Source: Azolla caroliniana
Taxonomy: Eukaryota > Plantae > Polypodiophyta
Length of the DNA: 64,000 bases
Direction of reading: 5' to 3'
NCBI GenBank assembly: GCA_043228905.1
Contig: JBHGNT010000003.1
Location: 26,164,001 to 26,228,000 of the forward strand
The notes under the pieces were generated by a model. The model was not told the origin of the DNA. It worked only from the letters and a program-made list of their open reading frames with translations, and made no database searches. Position 1 is the stretch's first letter. Every line of letters begins with the position of its first letter. Of the stretch, positions 37,227-51,600 are shown piece after piece. A program made the translations under genes and the position numbers.

Positions 37227-40200
37227 TCACGAAAGTGTGCCTTCAAATGTCACCCGACAAAGCGTGCGAGCTGAGGATGTAGTAACTGACGCCAAATTCT
37301 CTAGCATTTTGATGACCTCTACAGTGTCATCTAAATAGTACTTAGCTTTGCTTGGTTTCCGACCCACCGTACACGCAAAAACTTCAGCCATGGGTGATTG
37401 AGGTGGCTCAGCCATTGTGCTGGCAATGCTTTCGAACATGTCCTCATCGGACCTATCATCACCACAACACAAAACAAAGTCGGGCGGTGTGCCTCCGGCT
37501 GCCATCGACGAGAGAAGCTTCTCAGCTATCACACCTTTGCTGACCCCCTATAGAGGAAAGAACAAACACCAAAGAATGAGTATGCAGCTATCCAGTGGGG
37601 AGTAAATTTGGAACTAATGATAGATCAGATCATTCATCAGCAAATGTGGAGAAGGTTGGGGATCAATTTGCATGCCCAATGTGTGCCATATATTATTATG
37701 TTGCATAGACATAATGTGGAGAAGGTGTTTAGTGGGGTTTTCTCATGAACATTATGTTGCATAGCTCTTCCACATCTATTGCCATTGTGAAGGCAGGGCT
37801 GCAAAGTTGCCCCTTATGTAAGCATAAGAGGAAGAAATCGAAAAACTGACCTTATAACTAAATACATATTATCAGATAGCTCATAAAACCCCAACTTTCA
37901 GGTCTAGCTTATCCTAAAACAATTTAACAATATTTCAAAACTAGTTGCAGTACACCCGCTTCCTCAAACAGTACTACCTGAGGCTTAACTTCCACAATGC
38001 TCTGACCACTTTTGACAATGACAGGTTCATTGGCCAGGACACTCTCTAGATGGTCCAGGAGCTCTTTTGCTTGCCATGATCCAAAATCAGGATCAGCATC
38101 TTCGTGATGCCACACTAAAGCACTTTCTTTATCATCAATGAATGATCCATCAGTCGTTTCTGAGTACAGCTTCATGACAGGCTCGGCTATGTCTTTCCAG
38201 CTGAAATCCGCAGCGGGTATACTAGTCTCCCATTCCGCATTTCCATGCCACCTGCAACTCATATCAGCTTTTTAGTCCATTTAGTGCCGTATCCAAACAC
38301 AATTCGCAGAAAATTTTGAAACCTAGGGAGATATATGATTAAAATATCCAACACATTAGGGGCTTCTTGGGTTTTGCCTTCTTTCCCTAGAATAGATGCT
38401 AGGGGTCGTTATGCCACACCTTCTTCCTCGGGAGTTAATGGACGCCAAAGGTTCTTATACCACACCTTATTTAGTGTGTATGCACCATATATAGAATGTA
38501 TGAGTTTGAGGCCATAGAACCAGAATGTTGTGGGCATATGGACAACTAGATGGAACTTGGCATTTGATGCCATGCCTAGTTATTTGTATGCTAACAAACA
38601 ACCCAACTGATAATAAATTTAGTCTCACCTATAGAAGTAGCCATGCTCTGCTGCAAGCCCCAATTGTTTACATGAGGAGAACCACTCTCCCAATATCTGC
38701 CTTTTCCTCCCACTCACAATGAAGACATGGTTTTTGGGGTCATTGCAAAGCTTATTCAAGGTGTGTAACACGTCGGGATTTGGCGTCTTATTCACCGTAG
38801 TCTGCGGCATCATTGTTCCATCATAATCGACAAGGATAGCTCTATGAGAAGTCCTTCTATAAGCCGAGGCAATGTGTTCAGGTGATAGTTTCCTAAAATT
38901 AGGATCTAATGCCATTACTCTGAAGCTTAGACCGAATCCAATGCCCCATGACCGCCTTCTCGCATGATCCCGACATGTCCTTTCTAGATCACCCATGAAG
39001 CTTTGAGCCCAATATCCTACATCATGTGTGCTAACATATCTGTAATGCTTTTCATGCCTCATTTGTTTCTCTGCCTCTGGTATGTTGATGGCAGTGTTCA
39101 ATGCATCCGCCAAACTATCCACATTCCATGGATTCACCCTTATGGCTCCACTAAGAGATGGAGAGCAACCAATAAACTCTGACACTATCAATGTACTCTT
39201 TGTAAAGGTTTTTTCCACGTGAGTATCAGGGACGCTACAGCCTTGCCTGCACACAATATACTCATACGGGATCAAATTCATCCCATCTCGTACGGCAGTA
39301 ACAACACAACACTCGGCAACTGTATAGTAGGATATCCTTTCATACAGGGGCACAAATCTATCAATTAGGATTACTGGTTGATAATCTGGACCTCCATATT
39401 GTTCATTTATTCTCTTGACTGTTTCATATGCTTCGGCTTGAACTTCCAAGACATCACGGCCATGGCTTCTTGCAGGATTTGCTATCTGTACCATAACAAC
39501 TTTTCCTCTCCACTCGGGGTGCTCTTTCAATAGCTGCTCCATGGCTAAAAGCTTCAACCCAATTCCTTTGAAGATGTCCATATCATCTACTCCTAAGAGT
39601 ACCAGGCGGCCTTTAAACTTCTCGGTTAGCTCTGCACTCATCCTTCGGGTCTCAGGAAGATCAAATCTCTCTTGCAATCTTCCCATGTGTATACCGACGG
39701 GCATGATCTTGATGGTTACGGTTCGGCCGTAATATTCTAATCCAATGTAGCCCCTTTTGGATTCATACTCTAAGCCAAGAATCCTTCTACAACACGAGAG
39801 GAAATGGCGGGCGTAGTCAAATGTGTGAAACCCAATAACATCGGAATTGAGAAGAGCTCGCAGCATTTCTTCGCGAACAGGGAGTGTTCGGTAGATCTCA
39901 GACGAAGGAAAAGGGCTATGAAGAAAGAAACCCAATTTCACTCTGCTCCACTTCTTCCTCAAGAAAGTGGGCATGAGCATGAGGTGATAATCATGGACCC
40001 AAACAAAATCATCGTCGGGGTCAATAACTTCCATGACCTTATTGGCAAAAGTCTTATTCACTGAGACATAGGCTTGCCACAGAGATCGATCGAAGCGACC
40101 TCCATGATCCGGGGTCAGAGGAAGCATATAGTGAAAGAGTGGCCAAAGTTGTTGTTTACAAAAGCCATGGTAAAAACGTTGCCCAACATCTTGTGAAACA

Positions 40201-40616
40201 AAAGCAGGCACACACCGGAAAGCTTCAAAGAGCTGAGAAGCCACTTCTTCTTGCTCACTAGGCTCAATGTCAACTTTGAGGGAGCCAATGTATATGACCT
40301 CCATGTCTTCAGGAAGCCCATCTTTGAGCTGAACAAGAAGAGAATCGGCGTCCAGGGTGAATATCCATCCTTTCTTATTATCAGGCCGCCTTTGAGCATT
40401 CAATGGTAATATGTTAGCTACTATAATGCATCTTTCTCCTTGCGCCACTGATGAGGTCGCATCTGAAGTTACGCTATTTGTGTTATCATCGTCGCGAACT
40501 TCAGATAATATTCCCGGCACAGTCATTACTCTTGGAAGGCGCCGACTGGGCCTTGGTAGTGATGGTGGGAAATCTGATGTGAGTTCCAATAGGTTGGAAT
40601 AGCTTCTGGAAGACAT
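37227..40616 (-). CDS. TPS: Class II trehalose-6-phosphate synthase/phosphatase (TPS5-7-like), about 860 aa
   Basis: Exons 40616-38629, 38251-37978, 37547-37227 (2583 nt, in frame). N-terminal SRSYSNL, GT20 motifs WVHDYHL, FLHSPFPS, RDGMNL, and HAD motifs DYDGT and GDDRSDEDMF. The three-coding-exon structure is typical of class II TPS. Confidence 0.96.
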
Positions 40617-41189
40617 TCTTCTCTTCTTCTTCTTTTCTTGTTCCTTCAGAATCTGATATTTTGACCTCCTGTACTTTGAAGAAACTGAGATGTGATTTTC
40701 CTAACTATCCTGAAGTAGCTATATCTTTTTTCTTTCTCGCTTTGAAGAATGGGTAAGCACTTTACCCAATAGTAGTTGGAGTTTGACGATGTGTTTTTTT
40801 CTTTCTTCTTCTTCTTAGAGCCCCGGTTTAGTTAGAGTTGTGCGAGACTAGAAGAGGAGCAGAAAAAGGGCATACTTACTAGGTCTAAGCTTGGAAAAAC
40901 CAGAACCATTTGTGAAGAAGAAGCTTTGCCCTGTTGCTACTGCAGGGGACAAGAGGGGGGGAAAGAAAAGCTTAGCATTGTGCGAATCATGGTTATATTT
41001 ATTTATTTATACCGGATCAAAGTTTAAAACTGTAGAGCCATGGTCATTTAAGTGCAAAACAAAAGCTTAACCGTGCAGAGACTTAGGGTGGTTTGTATGC
41101 AGAATAAAAAAGTTTTAGCAATGCCTGCAAATCAGGGTGATACATAAGCAGAAGAAAAATGCCTACAAACTGTCGGGGTTATATATATG

Positions 41190-41192
<3 letters not shown>

Positions 41193-41238
<46 letters not shown>

Positions 41239-41396
41239 GCAAAAAGGAAAGACCCACATCTTCTTGTGAAACAGTAGTAGTACCTGTGCCAAGGCATAAT
41301 AGCTGCATCGGCTTCTGAAGCAAAGGTGAAGTTGTAGTTGTAGTAGTAGCAGTAGTCTGTAGAGAGAGAGAGAGAGAGAGAGAAGAAGACGAAGAA

Positions 41397-41429
<33 letters not shown>

Positions 41430-42006
41430 AGGGATGAAGATAGAAGAAGAAGAAGGAAGGAAGGAAGGAAGGAAGGTAGTACAGAGACACAAGAATTCTG
41501 ACCTGGTTTAAAAGAGAGAGGGGGAAACAGAGAAGAGAGGGGAGGGAGAGTTAGAAACTTAGAACTTTAGGAGGTTAGTGAAAGACGGATGAGTGAGGGA
41601 GGGAGGACAGAAAATGGTATAAATGATGGATTAATAATGGATTAATGATGGTAATGGTAGTAGTAATGCTAATAGAGAGCAAACAGTAGCAGCAGGAGGA
41701 GGAGGAGGAGGAAGAAGAGGTTTTATGTGCTGCTGCTGCACAAAAGGACTTCTTGCCTTCCCTCTTCATACATACCCATACCCATACCCATACGGGCCAT
41801 ACCCATATCCATATCCATACCCATACCCATACCATACATACACACACAGAGATAGAGATAGAGAGATACATACATACATACATACATACATACACATCAT
41901 CACAGATCTCAATGCCGCGCTCTCTCCCCCTTCCCCCTCCCTTCTCTCTCTAAACTGAGTCAAGTCTCAAGGACACCTCTCTCTCTACAAAGACAAGACC
42001 AGCTGT

Positions 42007-42037
<31 letters not shown>

Positions 42038-42221
42038 CAGTGTGTGACAGAAAGAAGAGCAACTCTACTCTACTCTACTCTCTACATACATACATACATA
42101 CATACATACTCTGTTCTTCTCTCTCCCCACGTCCCCCCTCTCTATCTCTATCTCTCTCTAGACTCTTCCTAGTTAGGGATTCAGAGCCCCCACTCTCTCT
42201 CTTCCCTTTTTCCGAGAAGGA

Positions 42222-42258
<37 letters not shown>

Positions 42259-42926
42259 AGACAAAATAAATAGGTAAGGCACGACAAGTAACTAAGCAAA
42301 CCCCCCAGCCTCCCGGTTCGTTCGGTTCAGTTCGGCTCAGTTCTCTTCTTCTCGCTCGTTCTCGTACACACACACATACATTGAGTCAGCAGTTATTTGT
42401 GGTTTCAGAGATGGAGGGAGGGCTTAGGGCTTTGTGTGGTACTACTACTACTACAACAACAACAACATACTAACTTCTTCAACTTTTACTTGTTGCTGCC
42501 TACATACATGAGAGAAAAAGAGAGCACCCTGAGAGAGAGAGAGAGAGAGAGAGAGAGCACATTATACATATAGAAGAAAGATAGAAGTGTATTATGATGT
42601 CCGAAGAGCCGACACGCATATGAGAGATACCTACACAACTTGTTTGGTTGTTGGAGAAATGAAGCTTAACAAACACTAAATAGAGATATAAACGATAAAA
42701 TCGAGAGAGCCAATGCATAGGAAGAGAGAGAAAGTGGATGAGGGGCTAGAACATTTGTAGGGAGAGAAGACTGTGAGTATCACAAGGTGTGTGTGGAGAG
42801 AAAGAGAAATGTGTTTGAAATCCTTTATGTTTTTTGTGGGATGTGTGTGTGTGTACACACACAAAAGCTTAGATGCATTGCTACAAACATGTGTTAAGCA
42901 AAGAGAAATAGAGTCTTTTGTTTGTT

Positions 42927-42989
<63 letters not shown>

Positions 42990-43010
42990 ATGTGGGTGGG
43001 TGTGTGTGTA
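41193..43010. repeat. Dense microsatellite cluster in the TPS 5' UTR/promoter
   Basis: (AG)n, (AAAG)n, (AAGG)n, (GAG)n, (CCATAC)n, (TACA)n, (CT)n and (GT)n tracts. Confidence 0.9.
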
Positions 43011-44414
43011 TCTCGTACTACCTTCTCATAAAGTGGTCAAATGTGTGGGTGCCAACCGCTCACTCCACACAATGTTTGTGTTCTTGGAGAAACAATCAAA
43101 TTATACTCACATTTGTATTTGTTATGCATAGTTCCAACTTATAGTGTTGATTAGAGAATTGGACTCTATCATTGTCAAGTTCGTTCTCGTACCAAACTAG
43201 TGCAAGCAACCATGGAATTTGTTCAACATATCATGTTAATTTTTAATTGTATCCATAACTTCGTTCGATATGATCAATGATCATATCAAGAAAATTTTGT
43301 TTGACTCAATAAAGAAGTAGTCAAGTTTGTTTACGATATGAGTAACCATACAACACTTGTTTGATACATTGCTTTAAATCATGTCAAGTTGCATCGTCTA
43401 GGGTCTCTATTAAGGAAATACAATTGATTTGATTGGAGGACTTCGTTTCATTTTTTATTTAGACTAGAGACTATGAGGTTTGTTGATAAGGTAAACACGC
43501 ACTAAGATCATAACTCTTCTATTTTTCTAATTTATAACCCTTCTATTTTAATACTAAGCACGTAACAACATGCACTAAGATCAATTGTGGGTGTTTGACC
43601 ATCGCCAATTTGGTAAGCCCTTAACAAACCTTCACGATATATAATATTTAGGTGTGTGTATCCGAATGTGGACCCAATGACCATGTGTGATATCTATCGA
43701 CCACATGGGTAATATGTACTGACTAACAAGGTTTTAGAATAGATAGGTCACAGGTGTAGTATAAGAGTCAATTTGCTACTGTGGAGAGGGAGGGTAGGGC
43801 TAATATCATGGGAGCTAAGAGAGAGTGAAACCATTAGATTGGGCACCACACACTCTTGCCATCAGTCAAAATAAATACTTCATGGGCTTATATCGGGCTT
43901 GGTGCAAAGTTCAAACAATCAATAGCGCAAACAAAGAGAGCGTGACTTTCATGTTGAAGTCATGTTTTCCTATGTTCAAACTCCATGAGCCATACAAAAA
44001 CAATAAATTCTCGTTTTTATACAAAACGACTACATTTGGTCATGTCAAACATGGTGAGTTTTTCTTACTTACGTATCATCTAATGTTGGTGTGTAGTGGC
44101 CCCAACCTGGAATACCCATATTCAAAGCCTCATCTTGAAGAAAAGGAAAGAGTGTTTCGAGTATCACTTAAAGAGTGTGTTCAAGATAAAATATACATGT
44201 GTCTAACCTTATCCTTTTGCCTTTACTATATATCTTATCTTGTGACCTTTCTTTATCAAAACTCGCTTTCTTTCCTCGAAGCCACATGTCCCTCTTCTAG
44301 TTCGCACAATGTGGACTATGAATTAAACTATCCCCCCACTTTGACATATTGTTTTATTCAGACTCATTGTCTTCAAAATTTCACCAAATGAATGTGCACT
44401 CAATAGAGAGAGAG

Positions 44415-44450
<36 letters not shown>

Positions 44451-45633
44451 CACCTGATGCAACTTAGTGAACTTGAACAACTAGCTTATTATGTCAAAGA
44501 GCAATAAACCTATATGGATGATGCAATAATATAATGGTCATAATTTTTTTTTAAAACACCGAACATTTACATATACAAGAATAACCCAACTACCAAACTT
44601 CCTTTCTAGTTGTTGCAAAAGTTGGTAGTTTTTGTACTATCGAGGGTACAATGGCAATTTTTTGGAAAGTTAGGGGTATTTTGACAAAATGCCGAAAGAT
44701 ATTTTGGTGATATTCCCTATTAACAAGCCTAGATACATCTTTCCAAACTCATGTAACAATTACGTATGTTTGAAGACGGGTTATGATAGCAAAGATTGAG
44801 TTCATGAGTGGGCTAATGGCACACAATAAAGCTCAACATTAATATTGGCATTTGTTTGGTGGTCAAGTATGCATTTTGGTATACTACATAGTGATGGTTC
44901 GACATATTATATGGATCACGCGTCTATGTGATACTTGATAAAGGTGAACACGGTCATAGATGCCCCAACTCAAGAATATGATCCAAGAAGATGTAACAAT
45001 GCATTGGTTTTTATGTTGAATTGTCCACGAACAAGAATAAAGAGGCTGACCTTCATCAATAAACAATAATTACTTTCTCGTAGAGTATATAATGTGAAGA
45101 ATTTACATGGTTCATATTGGAGCAAGTTGTTGCGCACAATGTGTTTCTTGAAACCATTAGTCGATTCAATAAAGAAAAACATGAAGCAAAAATGTGGAAC
45201 CCGTAAATTGGAGGTTACATCATAAAGTAAATGAATCATACAACTTTGTAGCCCTAAGTAAAAATACAGCCTCGAAAAGATTGCAAATAAAGACCCCTTG
45301 ATACACTTTTCTTCTCATTTTTCACTTTCTAGAGATAACACAAAGTGGTTGTCGTATTTGTTAGGATAAAGAGTATGGATTCATTTAATTGCATTTGAAT
45401 CATTTCTCTATGTTGACATATGAAATAGATAGAGTAAAGTTATAGATATGGGAGATAATGGGCATTGTTTCTCGAAAGAATAAATCTTCCATTGCGATCA
45501 CGTGTGTTCACATGCACATCACAACTTAGGGGACCACTGTGTCACGTAAACCCTCTATACGATGTTTGTCAAAACAAAACAAAATCATCCATTGAATTTC
45601 ATGAATAGGTACACAAGTTATATTTCTACCGTC

Positions 45634-45918
45634 TACATGTGAAAGACTTTTTCATAAAACAAACATTGTGTTAAGAATATGGAATTTGTGTGTCTAGTTA
45701 TGCCCTTGGTAAAAAGAAGAAAAACAATGGTGCAATTAACATGATTAATTGACATTGCTAGCATCAAAGTCATACATGTGAAAGAATTTTTCATAAAACA
45801 AACATTGTGTTAATGGGAATATGGAATTTGTGCGTCTAGTTATGCCCTTGGTAAAAAGAAGAAAAACAATGGTGCAATTAACATGATTAATTGACATTGC
45901 TAGCATCAAAGTCATACA
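45634..45918. repeat. Tandem duplication of about 140 bp
   Basis: Units start at 45634 and 45773 and are near-identical; TACA microhomology at the junctions. Confidence 0.9.
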
Positions 45919-46812
45919 ATTAAGAAAACCCAAGTTTGATCTTGATAATGGATCATATTGATCTCTCATGGACATTAATAATTCATCTACCCCCATATTG
46001 AAGTCAACATTTACTCTTTATCTCTTGTTGTGCTACGTACAATTGATCTTACCTTTGGGCCCCCACACCTCTCTCTCTCTCTCTCTCTCTCTCTATGAGC
46101 TTTGCACTTGTTTTCTTTAACTATGACCGGAAGACTTTTTAGGATCGGCCATACTTGAATATAGCATAGATGACTTAAACATTGTATGTACATAAAAGCA
46201 ATCATCAGGTTGGATAAGGTGAAGGTTACTTTCATGCATAACAACTTGTCCATTTCTAATTGATAGGTGCATAAAATTCCAATGTAAAAGCTCTCTTCCT
46301 AAGGATGTGAGAGGTTAGCTTCACCTTCTTCGACAAATCATTGAATAAGCTTCACAAGCATGTTGCTTCGACGTTGAGTTGGATTGACTTCACTATTTTG
46401 GATAATGCAGTATGCAATAAATAGACGTGGCATACTCTTCTTCTTTTTCTACCATATCTACTTGACTAATTGACATAAAAGAAGATGCAAGATATGCATT
46501 ATTATTACTTTCATGCAATGAGTAATCCTCGAAGTATTTATATATTTCCATGTTTCTATTATAAAAAACAAGCACGTGATTTATACAAATTTCCAAGCAT
46601 GAGGTTAAATTTACTTTTGATCTAATTTCTCGCAAAAATGACTTGTGCTTGTTGCTTTTCTTTTCAAATATATATATGGTAGATTGCATAATGTCATTGA
46701 AATGGAGGAATCTCATTAGTTCTTCATAGGGATCAATTTCAATACAATTGGAAGTCAATGAAGTTTGATAAATTACTAATGCAAGAGAAACAAACTTTGG
46801 GGGTTGACGTTC

Positions 46813-47275
46813 TGTTAGAGACATGTACTAATGTAAGCATTAGATAAGGATAGAATATAGATAGATAGATAGATAGAAAGGAGAGAGAGAAAGAAGGGTG
46901 TTGATCCACCCGACCACCCCCGAGCGAAGGGATCGAGACGGACTCGAGCCTCGATTGGCGTCCCATACCACCGTCGTGGCGTTGAGTTGCACCTGGTGCT
47001 GGCGCGCTCACTACAAGAGTTGACCAACCACAAGACAGAGTCTCGACGTAGTCAACCAGATGATGAAATGAGGGTAGCTAGGCCTCTTATTTATAGCGGT
47101 ACCCAAGGCCCCCAGGCAAGTTCATACTTGGCCTAATGGGTTGTCTCAATCCCGAGGATTAAAAGTAATCCTCCCCTTCTTTACACTCTCGTTTAACCCT
47201 CACACTTATCCACATGTATAGAATATACTACGGTAAATTCTCACCACGGGATATTATATGGTCATGCTTGTAACA
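46813..47275 (-). mobile_element. Solo LTR, copy 2 (463 bp)
   Basis: TG...CA termini, perfect 5-bp TSD CGTTC; reverse-complement homolog of 27859-28313. Confidence 0.92.
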
Positions 47276-48088
47276 CGTTCCCATCCCTAAGTATTCCTCG
47301 ATGATATATAACCTAAAGCACGTACTTGTTCTACTTCTTGATCAAAAGTGAAATGTTTTTTTGGAAAAAAAGAAAGAAAGAAAGAAAGAAAGTGAAATGT
47401 TGAGACAATAGTTCTATTTCTTTAGTTGTTGAAATGATCCTTGACATTCCCTTCAAGCACTTAGAAGTTAGAGAGAAAAACATGCGTATGCATATGCACG
47501 ATGAAGGTAAATATACAATGATCCAACAAACAAAATCTAAATACCTTATTGGTTAGGCGATCCATCCCATGAACAAGATATTCAAAGAAACGCTTAATAG
47601 TGTGAAGGGAAGATGATATGATGGAGAGATGTAGAATTGAAAAACGATCCAAGAAAAAATAAATCTAGGAGATCATAGCAAGATGACATGATTTGGTTTG
47701 ATGTGTCATGATGATGCTCCATATAGTAATAGATGAATAAATACATTTTGATGATAGAAGTTTCTCATCATAAAGAGGGAGTATCTATATATAAGATTTG
47801 GAGATGAAGGCAAACTAATTTGATTAAAATGGGAGGGAGGAATAGATTTGTTGCTTGGCATTAGTAGAACTATTAATGGCAGGATTTGATACACCATTAT
47901 GTTATTTTTTTATGAAAATTTATGGAACGCAAAAGCAAGGAGAATGAATAATATAAAGAAAGCTGCAAATATTATTTTGATAAGCCTACGAAAGTATATT
48001 GACTATTGCGATACCTATTGTCCATCTACAAAATGTGCCATATAAACATACATATTAGCATGGTTAAATCTATTACAAATCAAACTAA

Positions 48089-48684
48089 TGATGAGCAATA
48101 TAATGAGATTAAGGAAAATAAGGAATTAAGGGTGCTTAACGACATTGGTTATCCTTGATCAAAGGACACAACCCAAACATACAATATTAGTAGTGTGATG
48201 AGCAATATGTATAATGAGATCAAGGAAAATAATGAATCTAAGGGTGCTTAACCACACTTGTTATCCTTGAGCAAAGAACACAACCCAAACATAAAGAATT
48301 GTTAGTGTGCCACACCACTGAATATTACTTTATTTTATGCCTTGATAGTACAATAAAAAATCCAAAGATGTCGTGGTGAGGGGTAGCTAGTCCTATTTGT
48401 ACAACCAACACTTGAGGCTCCTAGAATTTCACGTGTTTCCAAGTGTCATAAGACTTCACAGGTTTGTCTAAGTACCAGTTTCCCACTTATCCCACCCTTA
48501 AACCATTAAAATTAACTTTAGAATGTTGTGGTGAAGGGTGTAGCTAGTTCCATCTATATAGCCAACATAGGCTCTTAGAAAATCATGTGTTTTCAAGTAT
48601 CGTAAGCCTTCATGGGTTTGTTGTGTCCTAGGATAATTAGTTTCTCATGTATCCCACCCTTAAACCATTTAAATTAGCTCTAGA
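48089..48684. repeat. Two adjacent older tandem duplications (about 110 bp x2 and about 157 bp x2)
   Basis: 48089-48308 and 48368-48684 each consist of two diverged direct copies. Confidence 0.75.
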
Positions 48685-51600
48685 ATTGGTCCGTGTGGTT
48701 ATGCATATAACGAAGTCACTCCTTGCATGTTACATCAGATATTGGATGACAATTTACTTAAAAAAGAGGACAAATCAAAAGTAAAACATTTGAAAGCTTA
48801 ATATGATCCATAACATTAGAAAGTCGACCTTTTGTCATCAAGAAATCATTGCATCTTTCAAAACCTATGAGATGTGGTTAATGTTAAGTACATCTACATG
48901 TTTCACGTGGAATGAGACAATTGATGAAGACATTACACCCATAAGAATGACCTTTGAGTAGAACAACATTTTATTTCAATTTATGAGAGAGATAACAACA
49001 TACATATAGGTAGTGTCCTTTTTCGAAGGTGAATAGTTATTGGAATACTCAGAACATAATACAAAGTAGCCAATCATTCTAAGTTAGGAAGTTTGAAAAT
49101 GACCACACATTGACATGGAAAATATTTCTTAAATGGCTTCCCAACTAATACATTCAAACTTCATAGATATGTTCCTACAATATGGATAAGCTAAAAAGCA
49201 TAAAAAACGGGCATTAGTGTGTAATGGGCACAATCGTTCTTATGAGGAGGGGTTCAATTTTCTTGTTGATAATTGATCAAAAGTTATAGCCTAAAAAGAA
49301 AATAAATATACGTTATTGCTGACATTTCTTTTTCCAATTCAATGTAATCTGGCATGGAGACGCACGAGTCTTATTTTGTTTTCACACTATATGACTGGGA
49401 TGTGACATGCAAACAACTTTTTTTGCAATAGGAAGAAAGGTTGGAAACAAGAAGTGGTTAGAAAATCTTCTCTCATATTATGGATTACCATTGCCATAGA
49501 ATTTAGAAATTATGCGAGATTAGTTGTCAAACACAAGAATATGGTATAGACATATGTATAGAAGTTATTGAACAAATAATTACATGACTTGAACATTATC
49601 ACATTTTAACATCTTTTTGCACACATGGAATTGTATGTGTAAAGAGAATCTTAAACAATAGCATAAGGACCAATTTTTGACAAATAAGATTGTCTACTAG
49701 CATTTCAAAAAATGCTAAGTTCTTTCGTGGGAGGTTTCCTTTCTTTGCACTTTTCCTTTTCATATACTCCATAATGTGCAATGGACCTTTCGTGAAGATA
49801 AAGGGGGGGGGGGGGGGCATGATGATTAATCAAACTATAAAAAATATAGTCACCTCCATATAACAAGTCATAAGCCTTATCTTAAGAACAATATTAAAAT
49901 GATGTCAAAGATTTCGCTAAGGTTAGCGCTTTGTCGTTTTACTTGTTCATTGGGAAAGTCAAATCAAAATGTTCACAATTTTATTTTTCTTATCATGATA
50001 TTGAAAGGATATTGTTAATCACGTAGATTTCACAATAAATGTCAGATTATGGTTGATCTTTTAACTTTAATATAAAAATGTTCCATTTGCAACTTGCTTT
50101 GATGCTCGTTTTAGAAGGACAATTGCTCTTTCTTTTCGAAAGGCAAATAATATTCACCCTTTTCGTATGATGAATGAAAGTTTACCTCCCTTTGTTTTGA
50201 TATGAGGTTTAAGTTCACGCTTTTCATCAAACGAGTACAACATGCTTAGTTTGGATAGTGAATGAAAAAAATACACAAACACAAAAGAATATATGTAGAA
50301 AATAATTGTAACGTGGCGATAGATCACCAAAAGTAATATATTTTCTAATGTACATTAGATTAAAACTTTCTTGCAATACTTGTTTCTTATGTCAATATCC
50401 CAATTCCATACCTCCAGGCTCCAACTCTAGAAATAATTTCAAATTTCTTAAATTGTAGGCATGTTTGAGCTTATGTACTCAAAATATTACAAATTAGTGT
50501 GCATTACAAATGTTATAATAGAATCTATAATGATTACAATTGTTTACCTATTTTACGATATAACATCATATCCATATTGTACATCTAGTATGCACCATTG
50601 GACACTACATCGTCAATCAAGATGGCAACCTTCCCTAGAGCAATGATGGAAAGACATCTAAATACATGGTAGCTTGACCCTAACAAAGGTTTTCCATGGT
50701 GTTCCAACTACTACATTGGCTCTATTAACACTTGATTGTAATGTCTCACAAGGTACCATTGAAAATAAGTGGGATGACATTAACAAACTCTTTAATAAAC
50801 TAGATGACATAAATAACATGAGAGGAGGTACTTTTTATCGGCTTGGACTTCCAAAGTATGATTAATAACCAATCAATATGAATCTACACACATGTTATCT
50901 ATGTAACTACACAATATGAATTACTTAACACAAGGGAAGGTGCTTTCCCTCATGATGGAAGAGTGTGTGCGCTCCTAGGTTGAAAACGATTCCAATTTTC
51001 CATGTAAGGTTAGGAGCCAACAAACACATATAAATAACAAATGCGCGCACACACACACACACCGTTTTTTGATGCATTATTTTTACTTATTAAAAACCTC
51101 AATATGAAGTGAAAACCCAAAATGATCGCATATAAAAATGGGGTGTACAGGTCTCAACTACTCGATAAACTAAAAACATTGGAAGGATTGAGAATAAAGA
51201 TGCTGTCATGAAAAGATAACTAGCATGCAAAGACAATCACATTAACTATAAGAAGGTAACATATGGATAAGAGGTGGGATGATTGTAAGGGAGTTGGTTG
51301 GTAGACATTTAAGATGGCCATATAGCCCATAATTTGAGCATATTGAAAAACGTTGCACAATGTTTTCGATTGGAAACCCAAAGACCTTGCCAAAACTATG
51401 ACCAACAAACTTTAGTTATAAGAAATATTGTAGTTGTAGAAAATTAGGTGGATGGAGAGGTTCACAACAAATGTATCAATCTTTCATCAATATGTTACCT
51501 CATTGTGTATATGTTATAAATGAGATTTTTTGAGCTTGAAACACAAACTCCACATAATATGCCAATCAAACACAAGAAAGGTACTTTGAGGGACACCAAA

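Noticed and set aside
41575-41963. ORFs encoding YG/PY/HT/VW dipeptide repeats
   Set aside because: They are translations of (CCATAC)n and (TACA)n microsatellites in all frames; no coding signal.
43825-44391. 188-aa ORF
   Set aside because: GTG start, no recognisable motif, AT-rich intergenic or TE-derived context.
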